DNA of 64,000 nt from positions 1,664,001-1,728,000 of the forward strand of contig CAWCKH010000004.1 in NCBI GenBank assembly GCA_963796055.1. The letters run 5' to 3'. The stretch is from an uncultured delta proteobacterium. GTDB lineage: Bacteria; Myxococcota; Myxococcia; Myxococcales; Myxococcaceae. Shown piece by piece: positions 20,234 to 30,557 of the stretch (position 1 is the first letter of the stretch; every line of letters begins with the position of its first letter). The notes under the pieces are model-generated. The model searched no databases and was not told the DNA's origin. It saw nothing but the letters and a program-made list of their open reading frames with translations. The position numbers and the translations under genes were made by a program.

Positions 20234-20708
20234 CCGCGCCTTCCTCCTCGCCCCGACCGCGTACCACGACACTCAACCCATACCGGAAGGCCGGTGCGCT
20301 TGCACCCTCGAGGGTGACCGCCCGTGGCCCGAGCCAGAGACTCGCTGGCACGACGCCAGCCACGGCCGCGGCCGGGCCCGAGTCCTCGGGCGCCACCGAC
20401 GCGGCCCGGGAGGGCAAGACATCTCGGCCGCTCTCGCCGGGAACTCCGGTCGACCGATGGGATCCAAACATCCCGAACAGACACCGCGCGACACCGCAGT
20501 AGCCGCCGATCATCCCCGGCGCCGGCCGGGCGGGTGGTTCCGTCCGGCTGCGGATCAGGCCCTCGCGTGCGCCGGGTCGTTACATAGGCGACAAGGAGCG
20601 ATACCTCGGCTGGCCCTCGCCTCGGCTTCCCCGTTCCGGGCGCCGGTCTTTCCTTGCTACACAAAGGAGTTTCGCGATGGGAGCTGGTCACCACCCCATC
20701 CCCGACCG

Positions 20709-21128
20709 ATGCCGAGCGAGGAAGTCCCAGCTGACGTTCAGCGCTTCTTGCGCGAGAATGGCGTCTCGTACGAGCAGCTGGAGGTGTTGTTACTGCTCCG
20801 CAGCCAGCCCCACGAGGTCTGGGAGCAAGAGGCACTGGCCACGACCTTGAAGCTGCCCGAGGAGAGCGCACTGGAGGCGCTCGAACACCTCTGCAAACGC
20901 GGGCTTCTGGAGCAGCTGAGCAATCCCGCGCGGCGCTCGTTCAGATACTGTCCCCGGGGCACCGATGTTGCGAAGCTGATCGATCGACTCGCGCAGACGT
21001 ACGATTCGAATCGACTGGCGGTCATCAGCCTGATGAACACAAACGCCGTGGACCGGGTGAGAACTCGAGCGATGCTTCTCTTCGCCGACGCCTTCGTGCT
21101 GGGGAGAAAGAAGGACGGGAATGGCTGA
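20709..21128 (+). CDS. Conserved hypothetical winged-helix-like protein
   Basis: VQRFL..SYEQLEVLLLL..W..LA..L..GLL..YCP..FADAF; overlaps the next gene. Confidence 0.7.
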   Translation: MPSEEVPADVQRFLRENGVSYEQLEVLLLLRSQPHEVWEQEALATTLKLPEESALEALEHLCKRGLLEQLSNPARRSFRYCPRGTDVAKLIDRLAQTYDSNRLAVISLMNTNAVDRVRTRAMLLFADAFVLGRKKDGNG

Positions 21129-21378
21129 GCTCGTCTACGGGCTCTGCGCGCTGACGAGCGCGGGCTGTGCCGCGCTGCTTCTTCAGGGGTACAGACGAAG
21201 CGGCACCAGGCTCCTCTTCTGGAGCAGTCTCTGCTTCGCAGGGCTGGCGCTGAACAACGCCCTGCTCTTCGTCGATCTGGTGGTCGTTCCGGAGATCGAT
21301 CTCAGGTTGCTCCGCAGCGCCGTCGCGCTCTCGGCGACCAGTGTGCTCATCTTCGGCCTGATCTGGGAGTTCCGGTGA
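21121..21378 (+). CDS. DUF5985-like small membrane protein
   Basis: VYGLCALTS..RLLFWSSLCF.GL.LNN.LLFVD..GLIWE. Confidence 0.75.
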   Translation: MAELVYGLCALTSAGCAALLLQGYRRSGTRLLFWSSLCFAGLALNNALLFVDLVVVPEIDLRLLRSAVALSATSVLIFGLIWEFR

Positions 21379-21719
21379 ACGCGGACTCCCTGAACAGCGT
21401 TCTCCTCGGAGCCCTGACTATGTCCGCGGGGGTTATCGGGCTCCTCTTCCTGCGTTTCTGGAGAGTGAGTCGCGAGCGGTTGTTCGCCTTCTTCGCCCTC
21501 TCGTTCTGGTTGCTCGGTCTGAACTGGCTTGCGCTCGCCCTGGTGCGATGGAGCAGCGAGAGGCAGCACCAGATCTATCTGGTCCGGCTGATCGCCTTCG
21601 GGCTGATCATCGCGGGAATCATCGACAAGAATCGAAGAGCCCGGCTCGAGTCTCTACGAGCAAGCCAGGAGACGCCGCGATCAGTGGATGGAGCGCCCGG
21701 TAGCTCACGCGCGAGCTGA
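21375..21719 (+). CDS. DUF5985-like small membrane protein (second copy)
   Basis: LFLRFWR.SRERLFAFFA..YLVRLIAFGLII.GIIDKNR. Confidence 0.75.
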   Translation: MNADSLNSVLLGALTMSAGVIGLLFLRFWRVSRERLFAFFALSFWLLGLNWLALALVRWSSERQHQIYLVRLIAFGLIIAGIIDKNRRARLESLRASQETPRSVDGAPGSSRAS

Positions 21720-22265
21720 AGCCTCCAGCAGGGAACGCACCGCGGAGTGCAGACCGTCGGCCCCGACCAGCAGGTCGAAACGCCGCTCTCCACCCCGCTC
21801 GAACCGCACATGCAAGCCGCCCTCGTCCTCATCGACCGCAGCCAGGGTGTCGCCGAAGATCGTTTCCGCTCTCGATCGGGCCCGCTCGAAGATCACTCGC
21901 GCGAGCTCGCCGCGAGGGATACTCACGAACCGATTCCCCAGTGCGCGACCGGATCTTCGATGCTTCGACCTCGGAACGGGTCGATCCGGAGGAGTCGACG
22001 AAGCGAAGCCTATCGATGAGGTAACCCCGCTCGCGAATGCTGGGGAGCAGCCCCATCCGCTCGGCCACGTCGAATCCGAGTCCCCAGAAGTCGAGCATGT
22101 ACCCGCCCGTACGGAGCTCCGGTGCGCGTTCGACGAGCGTTGGCTCGAAGCCGCCCTCCGCGAGCCAGTAGGCAAGGGTAGGGCCGGCGACACCTGACCC
22201 GCAGATCAGAACCGATCGGGCTCGGGAGGGAGCCGAGTGGTGTTGCGCCGGTCCCACGTCGTCAT
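21705..22265 (-). pseudogene. FAD monooxygenase paralog of 9206-10387; frameshifted and truncated
   Basis: GSGVAG..LRTGGYMLDFWG in one frame, FVSIPRGELA..VGADGLHS in another; ends at the DUF5985 gene. Confidence 0.8.
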
Positions 22266-22267
22266 GA

Positions 22268-22285
22268 TAGTTGGTACACCAACGA
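22268..22285. promoter_or_regulatory. Putative MarR operator
   Basis: TAGTTGG-TACA-CCAACGA palindrome between divergent genes, just upstream of marR. Confidence 0.6.
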
Positions 22286-22307
22286 GTTGCACGATTAGAA
22301 TGAAGCG

Positions 22308-22814
22308 ATGCTCGCCAGCACACGACCTTCCCACAACAGGGTGTCGAATAGCAGGCCTCGCGCCAGCTCGGAAGCAACGCTCGAGTTCCTGGGGGCTCTC
22401 TGGGCTCTCGATCAGGAGCTCCGCGCTCTCTCCAAGCGCATGGAGCGCCAGCTGGGCGTGACCGGCCCCCAGAGGCTCGCCCTGCGCATCATCGGTCTGT
22501 CTCCGGGGCTGCCGGCGAGTGCACTGGCGTCGGCATTGCATCTTCATCCGAGCACCGTGACCGGACTCGTCCTCCGACTTACCCGGAAGGGCCTCGTCCG
22601 GCGTCGGCGTGACCCCGAAGATGGGCGCCGAGTGTTGCTGGCGCTGACGGAGCGAGGAACACGGATCAACGCCCGGCGCCGGGGAACGGTGGAGGCGGCC
22701 GTCTCGCGGTCGCTTGGTGACCTGCCTCCAGGTTACCTCGTGACGGTCCGGGAGGTGCTCGAAGAACTCCGGCAGTCGGTGCTGCGGGAGCGCCTCGAGG
22801 GGCCGTCCTGGTGA
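22308..22814 (+). CDS. MarR family transcriptional regulator
   Basis: LGVTGPQ..LHPSTVTGLV.RL..KGLVRR..DPEDGRRVLLALT..G. Confidence 0.88.
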   Translation: MLASTRPSHNRVSNSRPRASSEATLEFLGALWALDQELRALSKRMERQLGVTGPQRLALRIIGLSPGLPASALASALHLHPSTVTGLVLRLTRKGLVRRRRDPEDGRRVLLALTERGTRINARRRGTVEAAVSRSLGDLPPGYLVTVREVLEELRQSVLRERLEGPSW

Positions 22815-24244
22815 AGAGACCACGTCTCCGAGCGGAGGCCGGGCACTCTCCTCCCGGGCGGGGCGTCGATGACGACGAGGACCGCCTTCCCCAGAACCCC
22901 GGCAGCTGGCTGACGCTGATGATCTCGGCCGCGCTGGTCGGCGTCCTCGCCGGGCTGCTCGGGGGAGCCTTTCGAATGGCGCTCCGCTGGGCGGAAGCTC
23001 TTCGAGAGAGCTCCGTCACATCCGGTTCCCATGGGGTGTGGGTCTGGCTGTTGACCGTCGTGTGCTGCTCGACCGCCGCTGCCCTCGCCGCGTGGCTTCC
23101 CCAGCGGTTGGCCCCGAGTAGCGCCGGGAGCGGCATCCCGCACGTGGAAGCCGTTCTGCGCAACCGGGTCCTCCCTCCCGGCTTGCTGATCATTCCGGTG
23201 AAGTTCGTGGGCGGCGTGCTCGGAATCGGCGCCGGGCTCGCCCTCGGGCGAGAGGGGCCAACCGTTCAGATGGGGGCGACGGTCGGGCGTCTCGTCGGCG
23301 ACCGGCTGGCAGGACAGCAGCGCTTCCGATTGCTCCCCGAGCCGTGGACTCTGATCGCCGCCGGCGCCGGAGCGGGTCTCGCCACGGCATTCGATGCTCC
23401 CCTGGCGGGAGTCATCTTCGTCCTCGAGGAGCTGCTCCGGCGATTCTCCGCACGGGTTCTGGGCGCGACCGTGGCAGCCTCGGTCTGCGCCACCGCGGTG
23501 GCCCGGGTGATGGCCGGCCCCCGTCCGGAGCTGGCGGTGGCCTCGTTCTCGGACGTTCCCCTGACCGCGCTCCCGGGGTTCATGCTCCTCGGTCTGGCCG
23601 CCGGTCTGCTGGCAATGGCCTACAACGCCGGGACAATCCGGACGCTGAAACTGTTTGACCACATGCCGCGGCGATTCCGTCCACTGGCTGCCGCGGCGGT
23701 CGGCGCCCTGACCGGGGGCCTCGCCATTCTCTGGCCCAGGGCGCTGGGCGGCGGTGAACCCATCGCGGTGCAGGCAGTGGCCTTCCCCCTCGGGCTCACC
23801 ATGGGGGGTGTGGTCGGCCTCACTCTTCTGCGATGGCCGCTCTCCATGTTCTCCTATGCGACCGGGAGCCCGGGCGGCGTGTTCGCCCCGATGCTCGCGC
23901 TGGGGGCTCTGCTCGGCCTGGTCACGGTCCGGCTGGCCCATGTCTGGGGAGTGGAGCACGCAGGAGCCTCCGCTGTGGTCGTGGTGAGCATCACTGCCTT
24001 CTTCACCGGGGCCGTCCGGTCTCCCCTGACCGGTGTCGTTCTCCTCCTGGAGATGACCGGGGCCTTCCCGCTGCTGCTGCCGATGCTCGCGGGGTCTGGC
24101 GCGGCCTATGTCCTGACCGAGTTCCTGCGGAGCCCGCCCCTGTACGACCTCCTCCGGGAGAGGGACGAGCGGCTCGAGCGGCGCCGCTCGCGGGCGGGGC
24201 CGAAGCCCGTGGCCCCGGTCATGGCGCCCGAGCCGGGCGGATAG
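22811..24244 (+). CDS. clcA: ClC H+/Cl- antiporter
   Basis: GSGIP, GREGP, VLEE, GGVFAP, PLY. Confidence 0.88.
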   Translation: MKRPRLRAEAGHSPPGRGVDDDEDRLPQNPGSWLTLMISAALVGVLAGLLGGAFRMALRWAEALRESSVTSGSHGVWVWLLTVVCCSTAAALAAWLPQRLAPSSAGSGIPHVEAVLRNRVLPPGLLIIPVKFVGGVLGIGAGLALGREGPTVQMGATVGRLVGDRLAGQQRFRLLPEPWTLIAAGAGAGLATAFDAPLAGVIFVLEELLRRFSARVLGATVAASVCATAVARVMAGPRPELAVASFSDVPLTALPGFMLLGLAAGLLAMAYNAGTIRTLKLFDHMPRRFRPLAAAAVGALTGGLAILWPRALGGGEPIAVQAVAFPLGLTMGGVVGLTLLRWPLSMFSYATGSPGGVFAPMLALGALLGLVTVRLAHVWGVEHAGASAVVVVSITAFFTGAVRSPLTGVVLLLEMTGAFPLLLPMLAGSGAAYVLTEFLRSPPLYDLLRERDERLERRRSRAGPKPVAPVMAPEPGG

Positions 24245-24331
24245 CTGGCGAACGCCAGGGAGCGGGAAGTCGGCTTCGAGCTGGGCGGTCTGAAGGATGC
24301 GTCCGGTGAAACCTCAGGCGCCGGCTCCAGA

Positions 24332-25024
24332 TCAGCGACCCGGTGACCGTCGGCCGCCGCCCGAGCCCCAGCCACCGGGCCCCCGACCCTCGCGGCGCCA
24401 ACGGTCGAGCTGATTGCGCTGCTCCGGGGTGAGAACGGCTCGTGCCTGGTTCATCGCCTGAACGTGGGCCTCGAGCATCTCCTGGCGAAGCTTGCTGATG
24501 TGCGCATAGACCGAGCCGACTGCCTTCGGATCAGGTTCTCTTGCAGCGTAGAGGTCCCGCAGCTTGGCCTCGTCGTCCTGGATCTGGCCCATGATCGCCC
24601 AGTGCTTCTTGCGCAAGGAATCTGCGATGGCGTTGACCTTCGCGCGCTGGGCATCCGAGAGGTTCAGCATCCAGATCGGTCCCATGCCGTAGCCGCCCAT
24701 CATCCCGGGTCCCATGCCATAGCCGCCGTAGCCGCCCATCATCCCGGGTCCCATGCCGTAGCCGCCGTAGCCGCCCATCATCCCGGGTCCCATGCCGTAG
24801 CCGCCGTAGCCGCCCATCATCCCGGGTCCCATGCCGTAGCCGCCGTAGCCGCCGTAGCCGCCCATCATCCCGGGTCCCATGCCGTAGCCGTCGTAGCCGC
24901 CCATCATCCCCGGCCCCATTCCGTAACCGGCAGAACCGCCATCTCCCTGCGCCAGCGCCCCCGGCGAACACAATACGACCGCCGCTGCGAGCAGCGTGGT
25001 CAACGAAGCAACAAGAGGTTTCAT
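24332..25024 (-). CDS. Spy/CpxP/ZraP-like periplasmic protein with Gly/Met-rich repeats
   Basis: Signal peptide, LNLSDAQ and LTPEQ (LTxxQ) motifs, 6x GYGMGPGMMG. Confidence 0.8.
   Translation of the reverse strand: MKPLVASLTTLLAAAVVLCSPGALAQGDGGSAGYGMGPGMMGGYDGYGMGPGMMGGYGGYGGYGMGPGMMGGYGGYGMGPGMMGGYGGYGMGPGMMGGYGGYGMGPGMMGGYGMGPIWMLNLSDAQRAKVNAIADSLRKKHWAIMGQIQDDEAKLRDLYAAREPDPKAVGSVYAHISKLRQEMLEAHVQAMNQARAVLTPEQRNQLDRWRREGRGPGGWGSGGGRRSPGR
24678..24929 (-). repeat. Coding tandem repeat, about 39-bp unit (GYGMGPGMMGGYG)
   Basis: Repeated catgccgtagccgccgtagccgcccatcatcccgggtcc with 9-bp unit variation. Confidence 0.9.
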
Positions 25025-25238
25025 CGTTCTCTCCTTCCCCGTCCCTGATCCCGGACCATTTCGGCGGGTCCTCGTTGCCCGCCGTCACGCCGGGAAAGCT
25101 CTCTGCGTCGAACAGTCCTGGTCGGCGCCGCACTCCGGCGCGGCCGACGAAAACGCCTCGCGAGGAAATGTCCTTCCCCCGCGCCGAACGCCATGGCGCT
25201 GACGCCGAGACAGCATCCACGGCTTGCCCCGCGAGATC

Positions 25239-26060
25239 TCACGGCTCGGGCGGGTAACGGGCGAGGTACAGGTAGGTTGCCGACACCTCGGCGTCGGTGA
25301 GGTAGTCGTAGATCGGCATCCGCGACATTCTGGCCATCATTCCCCAGCCGCCCTGGCGCACTTTGAGAATCACCCGTTCCGGGGGCAGCTGCTCGGGCAT
25401 CGCCGCGAGCGAAGGAATCACCCCTCGCATGTGCTCCATCATGGGGTTCACTCCGGGCCCGGTCGCCGGATGACAGATGTGACAGGTGCCTCGCGCAAGG
25501 AGTTCACCCACGCGTGTCACGGGTTCCTCCAGCTTCTTGGGGCGGCCGGCCTCAGGGGCGTTTGCCAAGATCCGCAGGTAGCCGAGTAGCGTCTCGACCT
25601 CGGGCGGCGAGAGATAGTCAAACGCGGGCATCCGCTGGCCACCATGCTGGAGACGGTCCCGCAGCTCCTTCTCGGCGTCGGCGACGAGCGAGCGCGCCAT
25701 TCCCGGTGCCAGCGTCTGGCCGCTGTTCTTCGCCGCGCGCTCGGTGAGCACCAGCGACGTGGCTCGAACCGACGCGATCAGCGGGAGGATCTCCGGAATG
25801 GCGCCGTTGCCGTCGGGCCCATGGCAGGAACGGCACTCGAGCCGGTAGAGATCCGCGCCCTCGACCTCGAAGGTCTCACCGGATACGGGCTCCTTCCGGC
25901 TCGACGGGGGAGGTGGACCCTCTCCACCCATCTGGCCCATGTGCGTCTGCTCGAGCTCGACGTCGAGATGTTCGAGCCAGCTCGGGCCGGCAACTGGCAT
26001 CCCCGGGGGCACGGGCGCCGCGCCGAGCCCGATGAGCAGCAGCGCTCCGGGAGGCAGCAT
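25239..26060 (-). CDS. Diheme c-type cytochrome
   Basis: CRSCH and CHICH, each followed by MP motifs; RBS aaggag. Confidence 0.82.
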   Translation of the reverse strand: MLPPGALLLIGLGAAPVPPGMPVAGPSWLEHLDVELEQTHMGQMGGEGPPPPSSRKEPVSGETFEVEGADLYRLECRSCHGPDGNGAIPEILPLIASVRATSLVLTERAAKNSGQTLAPGMARSLVADAEKELRDRLQHGGQRMPAFDYLSPPEVETLLGYLRILANAPEAGRPKKLEEPVTRVGELLARGTCHICHPATGPGVNPMMEHMRGVIPSLAAMPEQLPPERVILKVRQGGWGMMARMSRMPIYDYLTDAEVSATYLYLARYPPEP

Positions 26061-26148
26061 CGTTGTTCTCCTTTCCGGGCCCGCCCCAGACGGTCCGTGG
26101 TGCTCGTGATACCCGCCGCCGTCCCGCCAGTACCTCAACCAAGCCGAT

Positions 26149-26166
26149 TAGTTGGGCTACCAACTA
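26149..26166. promoter_or_regulatory. Putative MarR operator upstream of the cytochrome c gene
   Basis: Perfect palindrome TAGTTGG-GCTA-CCAACTA. Confidence 0.6.
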
Positions 26167-26428
26167 GAACACCATGTGTCGTCTCCCCCATTCCCGTCTA
26201 TCACCGGTTCCTTGGAGTCGTCGAAGGCAGCGCGCGAACTACCTGCCACGTTGACACTCTCGTCGATTGGCCGAGGCGGGTCGTGCCCGTGCCCATGGGG
26301 AAACCAGAGGTGAGCGAGCGTCACCACCCGGTTGCGTCATCGTTCGCCCGCGCCGCCTGACCGCACGCTCCCTTCCTGCAGGCGCATGCGATGCAGGAGC
26401 GGTGAAGGCCCGACCTCTGTCAATCCAT

Positions 26429-26446
26429 TGGTTGGTCCACCAACGA
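26429..26446. promoter_or_regulatory. Putative MarR operator upstream of fdnG
   Basis: TGGTTGG-TCCA-CCAACGA. Confidence 0.55.
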
Positions 26447-26547
26447 AAAGGCCGGCTCGGTCAAAGTGCATTCCCGAACCAAAGGGGACGCGAGACCCTC
26501 GGAATCGTCCCCAGCCAGTGGCACTGATGGCGGTCGCGAGGGCTCCC

Positions 26548-29500
26548 ATGCACATCGAACGACGAACGTTCCTCAAGGCGACCGCTGGGCTCGGGGGTGC
26601 GATGGGCCTGGGGCTGTTCGATCTCTCCGAGGCTCGCGCCGAGATGCGCGAGCTCAAGATCGCCCGCACGACCGAGACGCGCAGCACCTGCCCCTACTGC
26701 GCCGTCGGGTGCGGGGTGATCATCCACACCCTGGGAGACAAGGCGAAGAACGTCACTCCCGCGGTGGTCCACGTGGAGGGAGACCCCGATCACCCCACCA
26801 ATCGCGGGACCCTCTGCCCGAAGGGCAGCACCCTCAAGGAAGACATCATCAACCCCAGCCGACTCACCGTGCCGAAGGTGCGTCGGCCGGGGTCGGACCG
26901 CTGGGAGGAGATTTCCTGGGACGAGGCGATCAGCAAGATCGCCCGGCACATCAAGGACACCCGCGACCGGACCTTCGTCGCCAAGAACGCCAGAGGGCAG
27001 GTGGTCAACCGCACGCCAGGGATCGCGGTGATCGGCGGCTGCACGGATACCAACGAGTTCAACTTCCTCCAGGACAAGTTCATGGCGGCCGTGGGGGTCG
27101 TCTACCGCGACAGTCAAGCTCGAGTATGACACGGCCCCACGGTGGCCAGTTTGGCCGCCACGTTCGGTCGCGGGGCGATGACCAATGGCTGGGTCGACAT
27201 CAAGAATGCCGACGTCATCCTCGCCATGGGTGGAAACCCCGCGGAGAATCACCCCTGCGGCTTCAAGTGGACGGTCGAGGCCCAGAAGACCCGGAACGCC
27301 AAGCTGGTGGTGGTCGACCCCCGCTTCACCCGGACTGCGGCGGTGGCGGACCTCTACGCCCAGCTGCGGCCGGGCTCGGACATCGCGTTCCTCAACGGGA
27401 TCATCCGCTACGCCATCGACAAGAAGCGGTACCACGAGGAGTACGTCAAGCACTACACCAACGCTGCGTACATCATCGGCGAGAAGTACGGATTCGACGA
27501 CGGGCTGTTCAGCGGCTTCGACGAGGGGAAAGGAACCTACGACAAGGCGTCCTGGGCCTACGAGGCTGACCCCAAGACCCACGCCTACGCGGTCGACCCC
27601 ACCCTCCAGCACCCGCGCTGTGTCTTCCAGCTCCTGAGGAAGCACGTCGACCGCTATACCCCTGAAACGGTGGAGCGGATCACCGGGACACCCAAGGACA
27701 GCTTCCTCAAGGTGGCGGAGGTGGTCACCTCCACCTTCACCCCCGAGCGGGTGGGAACCATCACCTACGCGCTCGGCTGGACGCAGCACTCCGTCGGGGT
27801 GCAGATGATCCGCACTGCGGCGATGCTGCAGCTGCTCCTGGGGAACGTGGGGCGGCCAGGGGGTGGTGTCAACGCGCTCCGTGGACACTCCAACATCCAG
27901 GGGGCCACCGACCTGGGTGGAACGTTCGAGATCCTTTCGGGGTACCTGGCGACGCCACGCAGCGAGCTGGTGGATCTGAAGACGTACCTCGACAAGGTCC
28001 CGCCCAAGACGCTCAACAACGAGCCGTGGCACTCGATGAACTACTGGTCCAACTACCCGAAGTTCATCGTCTCCCTGCTCAAGGCCTTCTACGGGAAGGC
28101 AGCCACCAAGGAGAACGACTTCGCCTACTCCTGGCTTCCCAAGACCGACGGCAACCACTCGTGGCTCTACCTCTTCGACGACATGTACCGCGGCAAGTCG
28201 ACCCGGGCCGGCGGGGAGGAGCCCGGGCCGGAGGGGCTCATCACCGCCGGAATGAATCCAGTCGCCATCGGGCCCAATAGCCAGAAGATGGTCGCCGCCC
28301 ACTCGAAGCTGAAGTGGCTGGTGGTGATCGAGAACTACGAGATCGAAACCGCCGCCTTCTGGAAGGCGCCCAAGGAGTACGCCGGACCGCCACCAGCGGA
28401 GATCCAGACCGAGGTGTTCCAGCTCCCGGCCAGCGGCTTCGCGGAGAAGGATGGGAGCTTCACCAACTCCGCGCGCTGGGTGGAGTGGAAGTGGAAAGCA
28501 GTGGATCCGCCCGGGCAGGCCAAGACCGACCAGGAGATCCTGGCCCGGATCTTCCTCGCGGTCCGGGAGCTCTACCGGAAGGAGGGTGGTGCATTCCCCG
28601 AACCCATCCTCAACCTGAGCTGGGACTACACCCATCCGACCGCACCGGACCTCGCCGAGGTCCTGAAAGAGATCAACGGCAAGGCGATCGAGGACCTCTA
28701 CGAGCCCTCCACCGATCCCAAGCAGCCGAAGAAGCTCCTCGTCGCCGCCGGCAAGCAGCTCGACAGCTTCGGTCAGCTTCGCGACGACGGGTCGACGGCC
28801 TGCGGACTCTGGCTCTACACCGGCGTCTACACCGAGGCCGGGAACAATGCCCAGCGCCGGAACAACGCCGACCCCACCGGTCTGGGGATGTACCACCAGT
28901 GGACATGGAGCTGGCCGGCGAACCGGCGCATCATGTACAACCGTGCCTCGGCCGATCTGAACGGGAAGCCGTGGGATCCCGCGCGGCCGGGGATCGTCTG
29001 GAACGGCCAGCGATGGGTGGGTGACGTCCCCGACATCGCCCCGGACTCTCCCCCCGGAAAGTTCGGGCCGTTCATCATGCTGCCCGAGGGGGTGGGGCGC
29101 CTGTTTGCCGCCTCACTCAACGACGGCCCGTTCCCCGAGCACTACGAGCCTGTCGAGGCACCGGTCGCCAATCTCCTGCACCCGAAGGTGACCAGCAATC
29201 CGGCTGTCCGGCGGTTCAGCACCGACAAGGACAAGTACGGGACCGCCAAGGACTACCCGGTGGTCTGCAGCACCTACCGGCTGACCGAGATGTACCACTA
29301 CTGGACCAAGCACACCGACCGCCTCAACGAGATCAGGCCCGGATTCTTCATCGAGCTTCCCGAGGAGCTGGCCAGGGAGAAGGGGATCACCAACGGCTCG
29401 CAGGTGCGGCTGGTCTCGGCGCGCGGCCCGGTCCAGGGCGTGGCGATGGTGACGAGACGCCTCCGGCCGATGACCATCGATGGCAAGCCGGTGTGGCACG

Positions 29501-29661
29501 TCGGCTTCCCCCTGCACTGGGGCTACACCGGAGAGGCCGGACACCTCGGGCCGCTGGCCAACTTCATGACCCCGAGCGTCGGCGACGCCAACACCTGGAC
29601 CCCCGAGTACAAGTGCTTCCTGGTCCGGGTCGAGAAGGCCGAGCCCCTCGCGACGAGCTGA
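26548..29661 (+). CDS. fdnG: Formate dehydrogenase-N alpha subunit, selenoprotein (UGA at 27127-27129)
   Basis: Tat RRTFLK; CPYCAVGC..CPKG; DSQARV-U-HGPTVASLAATFGRGAMTN in frame; RGHSNIQG. Confidence 0.95.
27130..27165 (+). promoter_or_regulatory. SECIS-like hairpin
   Basis: ggtggcca-gttt-ggccgcc stem starting about 11 nt after the in-frame UGA. Confidence 0.7.
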
Positions 29662-29669
29662 GCACCGCC

Positions 29670-30557
29670 ATGCCCATCCAAGGTCTCGAGATCCTCCAGT
29701 CCTCGGCGTCCCTCCGCGGGCAGCCCAGCGGGATGCGCCGGGTGCCGTTCGTCAGCAAGTACATCGACACCTCCACCTGCATCGGATGCAAGGCCTGCGA
29801 GGTGGCCTGCCAGGAGTGGAACGATCTGCCCTCGGTGCCCACCAAGGTGTCCGGCACCTACCAGACCCTTCCCTCGCTCCACCCGGAGTTCTGGAACCTC
29901 ATCAAGTTCAACGAGGTCGAGGTCGACGGCAACTTCTCCTGGTTGATGCGCAAGGACCAGTGCATGCACTGCGCCGACCCGGGCTGTCTCCGGGCCTGTC
30001 CTGCGCCCGGGGCGATCGTCCAGTACTCCAACGGCATCGTCGACGTGAACCCCGAGCAGTGCATCGGCTGTCGGCTGTGCGAGGCAGGCTGTCCGTTCAA
30101 CGTGCCGCGCTTCTCGGCGAAGACCGGAAAGATGGCCAAGTGCACGCTCTGCGTCGACCGGGCCACGGTGGGTCTGGAGCCGGCCTGCGTGAAGGCCTGC
30201 CCGACCGGCTGTCTGCACTTCGGCACCAAGGACGACATGGTCGCCCTGGGCAACGAGCGCGTGGCACAGCTCAAGGCCAGGGGCTTCGCCACCGCCGGGC
30301 TCTACAATCCTCCGGGCGTCGGGGGCACGGGCGTGGTGACCGTGCTCAAGTACGCCGACAAGCCCGAGCTCTACGGGCTGCCGGCCAATCCAACGGTCCC
30401 GGCCACGGTCAGGGTCTCGAAGGGACCGCTACGCTGGTTCGGCCTGCTGGCCTTCGGCGGGGTGATTCTCGGCCTCATCGGCCACTACATCCGGTTCGGC
30501 CCCCGTACTCCGACACCGAGCCCTCCGCCCGAGCCCGGGAAAGGGGACGCGCGATGA
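29670..30557 (+). CDS. fdnH: Formate dehydrogenase-N beta (4x[4Fe-4S]) subunit
   Basis: CIGCKACEVAC, CMHCADPGC, CIGCRLC, CTLC..C..CPTG; C-terminal TM. Confidence 0.93.
   Translation: MPIQGLEILQSSASLRGQPSGMRRVPFVSKYIDTSTCIGCKACEVACQEWNDLPSVPTKVSGTYQTLPSLHPEFWNLIKFNEVEVDGNFSWLMRKDQCMHCADPGCLRACPAPGAIVQYSNGIVDVNPEQCIGCRLCEAGCPFNVPRFSAKTGKMAKCTLCVDRATVGLEPACVKACPTGCLHFGTKDDMVALGNERVAQLKARGFATAGLYNPPGVGGTGVVTVLKYADKPELYGLPANPTVPATVRVSKGPLRWFGLLAFGGVILGLIGHYIRFGPRTPTPSPPPEPGKGDAR

Noticed and set aside
24678..24929. CRISPR array
   Set aside because: Contiguous in-frame coding repeat without unique spacers; no cas genes in the window.
26380..26395. Sigma54 promoter for fdnG (AGGCGCATGCGATGCA)
   Set aside because: GG-N10-GC spacing fits but the -24 match is weak; likely by chance at this GC content.
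27127..27129. Nonsense mutation splitting fdnG
   Set aside because: The UGA is at the conserved Sec/Cys ligand position, in frame, and followed by a SECIS-like hairpin.
26461..28896. Long antisense ORFs (this one, 53024..55204, 47161..49101, 33029..35068, 18230..20317 and others)
   Set aside because: Shadow frames of well-supported genes, expected from high-GC codon bias; no motifs.
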